DNA from: Promethearchaeia archaeon
GTDB lineage: Archaea > Asgardarchaeota > Lokiarchaeia > Sigyniarchaeales > SOKP01
DNA length: 17,479 nt
NCBI GenBank assembly: GCA_029856125.1
Contig: JAHQWJ010000130.1
Location: 1 to 17,479, forward strand
Direction of reading: 5' to 3'
The position numbers and the translations under genes were made by a program. Positions 7,288 through 16,039 of this stretch are shown in pieces. Each line of letters begins with the position of its first letter. Positions within the stretch are counted from its first letter, which is position 1. The notes beneath the pieces were generated by a model. It saw only the letters and a program-made list of their open reading frames with translations, had not been told where the DNA came from and did no database searches.

Positions 7288-8529
7288 TTAGATACGGAGC
7301 GCATGAACTAGAGTTGGGAAAAGTTTCAGACCATTCTTAATACCCATAAGTTTTACTAGTTTCCACTTGCGAGACATCATAACTTCCCAGCTATGTTTCC
7401 TAGTTTCGCTTCCTGTAAATAAGGCGATTGTTGACTGCATCATTTCTGGATCGTCTTGAGCCATTGAATAGGATGCTTCGATTATTCGTTCCAAGAGACC
7501 ACTATGATACAAAAGCTGATGAAATTTATAGGAATACCTCAAATCTTCTTTGTAGAGGTGTTTTAATAAGAGTTCATTGTATCTCGCAAGTTCAGATTCT
7601 CCAAAATCCCCTTTTTCAAGTGCATCGCAGAATGTTTCTGCAGCAAGTTTACCAGATAATCGCGCTTGATAAATTCCTTCGTATAAAATAGGATCCGCTG
7701 TTCCACAAGAATCTCCAATTACCATAACTCGCTCACGATAAGGTTTTGCGATCATACGATCAGGAATCGGTGCTGCCCAGATTTTACGACCTCCAAAAAC
7801 TTTCATCTCTCTTCCTTGAATTTTCTCCTTTATGAAAGATTTTTGAAGGAAAGCCTTAAGATGGCTCACTTTCACTCCATTACCTAGCACTCCAATGCTT
7901 AATGCCTGGCTTTTCGGGAAAACCCACGCTATTCCGTGATCAATTAAGCTTCGATCGAAGAATTCCCACACTCGATTACCGAATTGTTCGTCAATAACTG
8001 ATTCTGGAACTTCAAATTCTGCTTGTATTCCATTTATCATTGGTGGTACTTCCAATCCAATCTGCCTTTGCAGTTGAGCGCCCCCCAATCCAGTTGCAAG
8101 GATAACACACTTACTTTGATATTCTTCAGGTCCTAGCACTTTTACACTTGAATCCTTATTGATCTCAATTTTTTTTACCCGGAATTTGTATTTTATGTGA
8201 GCACCGGCATCTTGAGCAATATCTACTAAATGTTTGTCAAAGTCAGTTCGAAACATACAAAAACCTTTGTTGTTTTTTCCTGACGCATCGAATTCCATTG
8301 GTCCACTTTTGGGTGTGAATAGGACTCCACCAGTTATTTCACGAACGTCCCCTCCGCGGGGAATTGATGAGAATTCCTCGTTTCTAACTGGGATACCTCC
8401 AGCGCAACATTTATATCGTCCTTCCTCAGCAGCTTCAAGCAACAACACTTTTGCATCGCTCTCTGCCGCAATTTTTGCTGCCGTTGCACCCGCTGGACCA
8501 CCTCCGATAATTATTAAGTCATATGTAAT
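7288..8529 (-). CDS. Geranylgeranyl reductase family FAD-dependent oxidoreductase; probable ATT start
   Basis: The frame extends 27 codons upstream of the ORF-track GTG (8448) to include YDLIIIGGGPAGATAA. Also CCAGGI, RTDFDKHL, AWVFPK and IGDSCG..DPILYEGI. SD-like GAGGT (8537-8541) lies 7 nt upstream of ATT (8527-8529). Confidence 0.88.
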   Translation of the reverse strand: MTYDLIIIGGGPAGATAAKIAAESDAKVLLLEAAEEGRYKCCAGGIPVRNEEFSSIPRGGDVREITGGVLFTPKSGPMEFDASGKNNKGFCMFRTDFDKHLVDIAQDAGAHIKYKFRVKKIEINKDSSVKVLGPEEYQSKCVILATGLGGAQLQRQIGLEVPPMINGIQAEFEVPESVIDEQFGNRVWEFFDRSLIDHGIAWVFPKSQALSIGVLGNGVKVSHLKAFLQKSFIKEKIQGREMKVFGGRKIWAAPIPDRMIAKPYRERVMVIGDSCGTADPILYEGIYQARLSGKLAAETFCDALEKGDFGESELARYNELLLKHLYKEDLRYSYKFHQLLYHSGLLERIIEASYSMAQDDPEMMQSTIALFTGSETRKHSWEVMMSRKWKLVKLMGIKNGLKLFPTLVHALRI

Positions 8530-8603
8530 AGTAAAAACCTCAATAAAAAAAAAAATAAGTAGTTATTTAATGCAAAATATCAAACTGATTAGTGCTTGTT
8601 TTA

Positions 8604-9983
8604 CTATAAATCTTTTGAAGCAAATTCTTTTCGTTTTTTCTTATGTAATTCCTCAATTTCCATTTCGAGTTGCTTTAATTTTTCACCTTCTAGTGGAAAT
8701 AAGTATGCAAATATTAAACTTAAAGCTACAAATATGTTGACAATGAAATAAAATACAAATATAATTCCAAACATCGCCAAATCTGTTTGAACGGGAGAGT
8801 TTTGTATGTATCCTGTTAATCCAAGTACAATAGTCACGATGATAGGACCAATACTCTCAGTTGGTTTAGTGAACAATGCATTAATACCATAAAACATCCC
8901 TTCTCGCCTAGATCCATATTTGACTTCGTCTTCGTCAATAGGTAGCGTCTGCATTATAACTCCAAATATACCTGCGCCCCCAAAGAATGCCGAAAATACA
9001 AGTCCTATCCACATCGCGGGAATTGAGATTGAAGGAATTAAAACCAGGAAGAATAAAATAAATCCACCTACGAATTGAATAGTTGTGAACCGAAGTAGTA
9101 GCTTTTTAAATCCGTGTTTCTTTCTCAGTTTCATGCAAAGAATATTCGAACTCCAACCAACGATTATTACGATTAAAAAGTATAACCCTACATTTTCAGG
9201 GCCGATCAGTATCAAAAATAGAAAGACATACGAGAGTTGTATTGAACTAATGAGCGTCTTGAAAAAGTTAAATCCAACAAACATCATGAACGATTTGGAT
9301 TTAATTGTTTGCTTGATAGCAGTCCATAAAGGAGGACTTCTATCGTGTTGGTGTTCTGGGCGTTCTTTAGATAATTTAACAACCAAAAAATAACATACAT
9401 AGCTAATAATCCCAACGACTATATTATACATCTGAAAAAATTGAAGGTTATCAACCATCGTAGGAACGGTAATTACGAGAAAACTTGCTAATAAGCCTAG
9501 TATACTCCCAAAGAAGTTAATTTTAGTGCGTTCGCCTAAGTCTGATGTCATATCTGGCAGTAGAGCCATCCAAGCCATAGTAACGATGTTTGATAGCGTA
9601 TCAAAAATGCTGATACTTATCACAAAATGGAGAAACATTACAAATTGACCTAAAGGAGATGCGTTGTCGGTGCTCCATGGAAACCACATAAGAACAAATA
9701 CTATTACTAAAAGTGGACTGAAGTATTTTATGTAAAATATCCGACGACTACCTCGTTTTTCCACATTGGTATTATCTTGCCATTGGCCAATAATTGGATC
9801 GTTCGTCATGTTGATGAACATAAAAATAACCATCCCAATTACAAACAAAATCGCATCAAGGCCTAAAGAATCGAAGAAAAATTTTATGTAAGCTAAGCGA
9901 AAGACTCCAAGAATGATTGTTAGAGGAACCATTCCCATTACATAACCCGAAATTTGCTTTTTTGGTAATTTATTAACAGACAT
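8604..9983 (-). CDS. MFS transporter, MelB/GPH (glycoside-pentoside-hexuronide) type
   Basis: About 12 hydrophobic segments; NDPIIGQWQD...GSRR, ALLPDMTSDLGERTKI and IDEDEVKYGSRREGMFYG are typical GPH motifs. ATG 9983 (MSVNKLPKK) is more plausible than 10088, which would fill the divergent promoter region. Confidence 0.9.
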   Translation of the reverse strand: MSVNKLPKKQISGYVMGMVPLTIILGVFRLAYIKFFFDSLGLDAILFVIGMVIFMFINMTNDPIIGQWQDNTNVEKRGSRRIFYIKYFSPLLVIVFVLMWFPWSTDNASPLGQFVMFLHFVISISIFDTLSNIVTMAWMALLPDMTSDLGERTKINFFGSILGLLASFLVITVPTMVDNLQFFQMYNIVVGIISYVCYFLVVKLSKERPEHQHDRSPPLWTAIKQTIKSKSFMMFVGFNFFKTLISSIQLSYVFLFLILIGPENVGLYFLIVIIVGWSSNILCMKLRKKHGFKKLLLRFTTIQFVGGFILFFLVLIPSISIPAMWIGLVFSAFFGGAGIFGVIMQTLPIDEDEVKYGSRREGMFYGINALFTKPTESIGPIIVTIVLGLTGYIQNSPVQTDLAMFGIIFVFYFIVNIFVALSLIFAYLFPLEGEKLKQLEMEIEELHKKKRKEFASKDL

Positions 9984-10104
9984 TTTCTTTATTTCAAAAT
10001 TATTTTTATTAATACATTCTTGAGTTAAGACTATAAAAAGATTTATTTTGGCTTTAATTTTTAACTCTAGTAATCTTGTTGAATACAATTTTAAGTTATA
10101 AAGT

Positions 10105-11688
10105 GTGATTAAAATTAGCCAGAAATTAAATTTTTTATTTATCTTTACAGATCAGCAACGTCGCGACCATTTAAGTTGTTACAATGACAATATGGTCTTA
10201 AAAACACCCAATATCGATCGTATCGCTAAAGAGGGAATTAAGTTTACGAATTTTTATTGTAATAATCCAATTTGCATGCCAAACAGGAGTACAATCTTCA
10301 CTGGTCAATATCCTTCATCACATGGGGTGTCTACAAATGGAAGAAATTTACCGCAGGGCACAAGAACATTCTTAGATGTGCTGTTAGAATCTGGAGAATA
10401 TCACACGGCGAGTTTCGGTAAAATTCATCTAAATTATTTTGGAGCTTCTTCTGGAAAATTTAAATCTCCCACTGTGAGCCAAGAATTTGCTCATCCTAAA
10501 CAATATAGTGATTTAACTAACTATTCTCCTTATTTTGGATTGGAGGAAACTAAGCTTGTCTCAGGTCATGGAACTCTTTGTGGTCATCCTGATTACATGA
10601 ATTGGGTAAAGAGAAAAATAGATGAAGACGATTCACTTAGAAAGCCCATGAGGATAAGATTATCAGATACTATTGGCAGAATGCAAGCCAAACTTAATTT
10701 ATCCATTAACACTAACCAATCATTCGTTAAAATACAAGTTCTGAAACATAATGTGCCCGAGGAATTATATTCCACGACATTTGTAAAAGAAAACACAATT
10801 GAATTTCTGGAAAGATTTGCCACTGGGCATTACGATAAACCAAATTTCTTCGCTTTCTGTTCCTTCCCTGACCCACACCATCCGTTCTCACCACCGGGCA
10901 AATATTTTGACATGTATAAACCAGAAGATATTATCTTACCGTCCTCATTTAATGACAATCATGAAAATAGTTCAAAGTTCAATAAAACTCATTACAACGA
11001 ACTTCTATCATCAGAAGGTACTGAAAAGAACATATTCCCAACGCCAAAAGATTTAACAGAAATGGAAGCTAAGCGGGTTTTAGCAGCATCCTATGGTACA
11101 GAAAAAATGATGGATGATGCAATTGGAGAAATAACAGAATCGTTAGAAAAGCTCGGACTCGCAGAGAATACCGTAATAATTTATACTACTGATCACGGTG
11201 ATCTTGGTGGAGAACATCGATTCTTCTTCAAAGGACCTTTTCTATATCAAGGCTTAATTAAAATCCCCCTTATTATAAAAGTTCCTGGAGGAATTCAAAA
11301 TTTGGTTTGCAATTCATTGACAAGTTCAATAGATCTTCCTGAAACAATCTTAGAATTAGCAGGATTCCCTATTCCAGATTCCATGCAGGGAAAAAGCATA
11401 GAACCGTTACTCAAGGATCCCCAACAAGAGGTTAATGAGGATGTCATGATTGAAATGGATGACGACCATAACAATCAAAAAATACGAACAATAATATCGG
11501 ATCAATGGAGACTTTCTGTATTTAGAGAACATGGGGAATTATTTAATCTCAAAAAAGATCCTAATGAAATGAATAATTTATGGGATGATAATTCATATTT
11601 GGGAGTTAAAACAGAACTCCTTTTAAGATTAACTAAAAGAGAAATATCAAAAGAGAAAGATCCCGTCATTCGAGATTGTGGATTCTGA
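10105..11688 (+). CDS. Cys-type (formylglycine-dependent) sulfatase, choline-sulfatase/arylsulfatase-like, no signal peptide
   Basis: FIFTDQQR, CMPNRSTIFTG (CxPxR), GKIH, DPHHP, TDHGD, KG, ELFNLKKDPNEMNNL. Confidence 0.95.
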   Translation: MIKISQKLNFLFIFTDQQRRDHLSCYNDNMVLKTPNIDRIAKEGIKFTNFYCNNPICMPNRSTIFTGQYPSSHGVSTNGRNLPQGTRTFLDVLLESGEYHTASFGKIHLNYFGASSGKFKSPTVSQEFAHPKQYSDLTNYSPYFGLEETKLVSGHGTLCGHPDYMNWVKRKIDEDDSLRKPMRIRLSDTIGRMQAKLNLSINTNQSFVKIQVLKHNVPEELYSTTFVKENTIEFLERFATGHYDKPNFFAFCSFPDPHHPFSPPGKYFDMYKPEDIILPSSFNDNHENSSKFNKTHYNELLSSEGTEKNIFPTPKDLTEMEAKRVLAASYGTEKMMDDAIGEITESLEKLGLAENTVIIYTTDHGDLGGEHRFFFKGPFLYQGLIKIPLIIKVPGGIQNLVCNSLTSSIDLPETILELAGFPIPDSMQGKSIEPLLKDPQQEVNEDVMIEMDDDHNNQKIRTIISDQWRLSVFREHGELFNLKKDPNEMNNLWDDNSYLGVKTELLLRLTKREISKEKDPVIRDCGF

Positions 11689-11741
11689 TTTTTTTCTTAA
11701 AACTTAATGATTAACGGCTAAAAATAGAGATGATACAATAA

Positions 11742-14414
11742 ATGTCAAAAAGAGCATTTGGTTCTGGTTATTTTGGTGAATGGATTGAAGACGATTTTGG
11801 AATGCCCGCATATCGTTATACATGCGATCAAATAAGCGATCCAAAAGCAATCACTCCAATGAATATTAAGTGGCGTTCAAAAACAGAACACCTTCACCAA
11901 GTTGGAAACGATAGGCTGGTTGCTGTAGCTTCGAATTATGGACATGTCCAGGTAAGACAAGATGAGGGAAGTCCAAAATATATAAATGAGTTCAATCCAG
12001 AAAAAGGACAATATGCTGGAGGTTTTGGGTATCTGACAGATAACGACGATTATTTGAGCACATTTTATCCAGGAAATGCTGATTCATTTCAACGAATTTT
12101 TGGAATTGGTTATTTTCAAAAAAAAGTAAGTGGAAAAGGATATTTAGTGAATCAAATTATTTTCGCACCTTTTGGGGACGATCCCGTGGTAATTTCTCAA
12201 GTTAAAATTACCAATAATAGAAAAAATCGAGTAAATTTGCGTTGGATCGAATATTGGGGATGTTACATGTATCAGTTTTCCTCTGCTGCTTTTGCGGGAA
12301 TCCTTTCGAAAACATCCACTAAACATCCGAGAGATGTTCGACACGAATCAAGCGATAAACTCAAACATGAATTTGAATCTATTGAGAATGGCACTGGAAT
12401 TCAAGATAAAAGATTTTTCGAAAATCTGAAAAAAGTATATGATGCGAACAACCTTCAACCTAGTTTTGACGATAAATTTCCTCCCAAAACTTTTTTAGTC
12501 TCCTTAGACTCTGAAATCAGCAGGATGCAAACGAATAGCACAGATTTCTTTGGGTTGGGTGGTGCTGAATCTCCTGATGGTTTGAAAAACGATCTTAATA
12601 ATAGCCTTAACTCAACAGGAGTAGAAAGCTCCATGCTTCTAGAACGGAAAGTAAGCTTAAACCCAGGTGAAAGTTGTACTTTCTCTTTTTTATACGGATA
12701 TCTACCCGATAATTTCGAGCTAGAACCATTAATTAATAAATACAAGACTAACACATCCACAAAGTTTAAAGAATCTTGTGAGCAATGGAAAACTAGTAGG
12801 ATACAATTGCAAATCCATGACGAGCCTTGGATAAATCGCGAGGTATTTTGGCATTATTACTACTTGCGAGGTGCTATGACTTATGATAGTTTTTTCAAAG
12901 AACACATCCTCTCTCAGGGCCACGTTTATCAGTATATCATGGGATTCCAAGGAGCTGCTCGAGATACTTTACAGCATGCGTTACCGTTTATATACAGCGA
13001 TCCTGACATCGTTAAGAATGTAATTAGGTATACTTTGAAAACGGTTCGTAAGAGCGGTGAAATTCCCTACGGTATCACAGGTAGCGGACAAATTTTACCA
13101 GTTCCTTTCAAACCGAGCGATCAAGAAATGTGGTTATTATGGCTGACAAGTGAATACATTCTTGGTACGAGAGACACAGATTTCCTTTCTGAGAAAATTT
13201 CGAGATATCCCGTTTATGGATCTCGAGTTGAGGTAGTAAACGTCGGAGAGGTATTGAAAAGGTGTTATCGTCACCTAGTTAAAAAAACTGGAACAGGGCG
13301 CCATGGACTTCAACGATTATCGAATGGGGATTGGAACGATGGTGTTGTACTTGGAAACATTCCACCTGAGAAACATAAAGAAATTCAAAAAGAAGGAGAA
13401 AGCGTTTTAAACGCTGCTATGGCTATTTTCTCACTTAAAATTTACTCTGAAATGTTAAATTTTGTAAACGAATCTGAATTAGCTTTAGAAGTTCTGAATT
13501 ATTCTGATTCCCAAAGAGAAGCAGTTAGAGCTCAGTGGATTGGAAAATGGTTTAGACGAGCCTGGTTAACAGAAGATTTAGGGTGGGTAGGTGAGGACCA
13601 GATGTGGTTAGAACCTCAACCATGGGCTATTATTGGGAATGCTCTTGAAGATAGGGAAAAGAAAATTCTAGTTCAATCCATTAATGAATTAGTACGAAAA
13701 CCTTCAAAAATTGGTGCGAGGCTTCATAGCAAAGGAATTGAGAGTATTAGAAATGTAGGACAAGGCGTAAACGCTGGTATATGGCCCTCGATAAACGGGA
13801 CTTTAATATGGGCTCTTTCGCTGGTTGACGGACAAATGGGCTGGGATGAGTGGAAAAAAAATACGCTCGCTTATCATGCTGAGAATTTTCCGGATGTTTG
13901 GTACGGTATTTGGAGCGGCCCAGATACATATAACTCGGATCTATCTAAGTATCCAGGGCAAACCGCATTTGACGAAGGTTTAATTAGTGGAGAAGCTGAA
14001 ATTGCAGATGGAGAAGAGCATCTTGGTCATGTAGGAACAGCTTGGACCGATTTTCCTGTTTTTAATTTACACCCTCATGCGTGGCCGTTATATGATGTAA
14101 CTAGGTTAGTTGGGATAAATTTTACTCCTGAAGGTGTAGAATTAAGACCTACTCTCTTTCAAGATAACTATAAGTTTAGTTCTTCTCTAATCGGATTAGA
14201 AAAAACCAAAAATGGATACTCTGGATGGTATAATCCCGTGAAAGAAGATACATGGAAAATTTCATTAGAACTAAGTAATAGGGAACTCGAAAAAATCGAT
14301 TCTGTTCTAATAAATGGAATCGAAAAGGAGTTTTCAATAAAAGAAAGTCATATTTTTTTTACGGGTGAAAATAAGCTTAATAGTCCCTTATCCTGGGAAA
14401 TAAAATTCAAATAA
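11742..14414 (+). CDS. GH94-like glycoside phosphorylase/hydrolase, divergent
   Basis: GAARDTLQ (RD motif), PSDQEMWL, GDWNDG (catalytic Asp motif), GESVLNA, WFRRA and WLEPQPWA follow the cellobiose-phosphorylase (alpha/alpha)6 barrel motif order; 890 aa. Confidence 0.8.
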   Translation: MSKRAFGSGYFGEWIEDDFGMPAYRYTCDQISDPKAITPMNIKWRSKTEHLHQVGNDRLVAVASNYGHVQVRQDEGSPKYINEFNPEKGQYAGGFGYLTDNDDYLSTFYPGNADSFQRIFGIGYFQKKVSGKGYLVNQIIFAPFGDDPVVISQVKITNNRKNRVNLRWIEYWGCYMYQFSSAAFAGILSKTSTKHPRDVRHESSDKLKHEFESIENGTGIQDKRFFENLKKVYDANNLQPSFDDKFPPKTFLVSLDSEISRMQTNSTDFFGLGGAESPDGLKNDLNNSLNSTGVESSMLLERKVSLNPGESCTFSFLYGYLPDNFELEPLINKYKTNTSTKFKESCEQWKTSRIQLQIHDEPWINREVFWHYYYLRGAMTYDSFFKEHILSQGHVYQYIMGFQGAARDTLQHALPFIYSDPDIVKNVIRYTLKTVRKSGEIPYGITGSGQILPVPFKPSDQEMWLLWLTSEYILGTRDTDFLSEKISRYPVYGSRVEVVNVGEVLKRCYRHLVKKTGTGRHGLQRLSNGDWNDGVVLGNIPPEKHKEIQKEGESVLNAAMAIFSLKIYSEMLNFVNESELALEVLNYSDSQREAVRAQWIGKWFRRAWLTEDLGWVGEDQMWLEPQPWAIIGNALEDREKKILVQSINELVRKPSKIGARLHSKGIESIRNVGQGVNAGIWPSINGTLIWALSLVDGQMGWDEWKKNTLAYHAENFPDVWYGIWSGPDTYNSDLSKYPGQTAFDEGLISGEAEIADGEEHLGHVGTAWTDFPVFNLHPHAWPLYDVTRLVGINFTPEGVELRPTLFQDNYKFSSSLIGLEKTKNGYSGWYNPVKEDTWKISLELSNRELEKIDSVLINGIEKEFSIKESHIFFTGENKLNSPLSWEIKFK

Positions 14415-14433
14415 AGTATAAGTAATTCTTTTT

Positions 14434-15612
14434 TTATTCAGAAACTAATGGTGGTAAAGGAGGAACCTCAGAGTCCTTCCAATTATCGATAGTAGGATAA
14501 TCCCACCAATGGAGAGGAATTTTTGAGTATACGCCATATTCTTTCAACCCGCTTTGAAATGCTTTAATATTTTCTCGTCTAACTCTAAGATCTTTATAAT
14601 CAGAATAAAAGTAGGCTCCGTAACCACCTTTTTTTGTCCCTAAGTTCCTAACCATATGCCACACTTCCCTTTTTACTTCTTCGGGAGTCCCTAATGTATA
14701 TATAGATTGAATATTAACGCAACCCCAAAACATAATTTTACCTCGATAAGGCCTTAAATCCTCGTAACCACTCATCCGAGGGCTATCAAATTCAATTGCA
14801 TTTAGCCCCCACTTAATAAAAATTGGTAATAATCGATCAACTTTTCCACAACAATGCAAATGCACATCTAGACCAAATTCATGAGCTACATCAAAAACTC
14901 TTTTATAAGATGATTCATAAAACGATTCAAACATCTTTGGACTAATGAAAGGACCGCTTTGCTGCCCAAGATCGTCTGTAAACCACACACCATGAGGTTC
15001 TAATCCCAATTTTATTGAACTTTTAATTAATTGGATATAATAATCTGCAATGTGTTCTAATAGTCTTTTTAATTGATCCGGATTCCTTTTATGGTCAATT
15101 AAATAATTATTAAATCCGCGTATATATGAGGTAAGTTGTGATAGACCGTGATACATTGGTATTAAAAGACGATATTTTTCTGGATCACCGTTTTTTTTTA
15201 ATTGAAATGCTAATCTAAATCTAGATTCATCTGTTGGATTAGGAGAATAGTTCTCAATGTAATTTTCATAATCCTTCCAATCTGGTAAAGAAGCCCTTCC
15301 CGGATGTCCCATATTTGTATCATTTCCCTGCATATTCCAAATACAACCCCATTCATCAACTTCCTCGTGAGGTATAGTTCTCCACTTATTTCCCTCGAAT
15401 TCTGCTTTGTTAGCCCAATCAGGTCTATCCCATTTATGACCTCCTCTTATATGAGGGAACAAGTTCCCTTCCCCTTCTTTCCATCCAGGTTTCCAATTAT
15501 TAGAAAAAGTTAATGGTAAAGGTAAAAGATCACCACGTACTAAATCAAAAACTGGTACTTTGTCTGGATTTTTAAAATATAACGCAGCTTTAACGCGTTG
15601 TTTTGAGTTCAT
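14434..15612 (-). CDS. Uroporphyrinogen decarboxylase-like / MtaA-CmuA family protein
   Basis: MNSKQRVKAAL...PDKVP, DEWGCIW, IRGFNNYLID, DDLGQQSGPFISP, HCCG (HxC), GTPEEVKREV. Confidence 0.88.
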   Translation of the reverse strand: MNSKQRVKAALYFKNPDKVPVFDLVRGDLLPLPLTFSNNWKPGWKEGEGNLFPHIRGGHKWDRPDWANKAEFEGNKWRTIPHEEVDEWGCIWNMQGNDTNMGHPGRASLPDWKDYENYIENYSPNPTDESRFRLAFQLKKNGDPEKYRLLIPMYHGLSQLTSYIRGFNNYLIDHKRNPDQLKRLLEHIADYYIQLIKSSIKLGLEPHGVWFTDDLGQQSGPFISPKMFESFYESSYKRVFDVAHEFGLDVHLHCCGKVDRLLPIFIKWGLNAIEFDSPRMSGYEDLRPYRGKIMFWGCVNIQSIYTLGTPEEVKREVWHMVRNLGTKKGGYGAYFYSDYKDLRVRRENIKAFQSGLKEYGVYSKIPLHWWDYPTIDNWKDSEVPPLPPLVSE

Positions 15613-15631
15613 TTAATACCACCATTAATTA

Positions 15632-16039
15632 CTACCTATCTTTAATTTTATATTCATTAATATTTCTTTTCTTAACTTCTTCTGTATAGTTATCGATTTT
15701 TTGTTCCAAAATAGGGTCAATTACATATCCTTTATGATTTTTTAGGATCTGCTCAACATTTGCTTGAGCTTTATTAAAAATATCTTGTGCTCCTTTTTTT
15801 AACCAAGAGTTTCTTGTGCCTCTTTCACTTAATTTTGGGATATATAGCTCTTTTTTAATATTTTCAGCAATATGTCGCATTCCCAAGAAATATGACCCTA
15901 GACTGGTATTAATAACTACTGATTTTATTTTATCTAACGCTATAGTATCTTCATTTACCTCTATCCCATTTAAACCCCGTGAAACCATTCCTGCTAATTC
16001 GTTATCTATTGTTAATAGTTCATAGCAAATAAATGACCT
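15632..16039 (-). pseudogene. mttB: C-terminal remnant (about 135 codons) of a trimethylamine-methyltransferase (MttB) family gene
   Basis: The frame reads RSFICYELLTIDNELAGMVSRGLNGIEVNEDTIALDKIKSV...FLGMRH...ELYIPKLSER...W...G...AQANVEQILKNH, matching the MttB C-terminus. Similarity extends upstream of ATG 15988 towards the in-frame TAA at 16040-16042. Most of the roughly 480-500-aa protein is missing. Confidence 0.8.

Noticed and set aside
8234-8740. 168-aa plus-strand ORF
   Set aside because: Antisense shadow of the geranylgeranyl reductase and MFS genes, with no recognisable motifs.
9984-10088. 35-aa N-terminal extension of the MFS transporter given in the ORF track
   Set aside because: It would occupy nearly the whole divergent promoter region; ATG 9983 gives a normal GPH transporter length.
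11686-11700. Selenocysteine read-through at TGA stops (sulfatase; also the GTPase at 2460-2462)
   Set aside because: The proteins look complete at the TGA, and in-frame TAA stops follow within 3-6 codons.
14434-15612. Calling the URO-D family gene hemE
   Set aside because: HCCG and DDLG motifs and the mttB neighbourhood fit the methyltransferase-like branch; there is no tetrapyrrole gene context.
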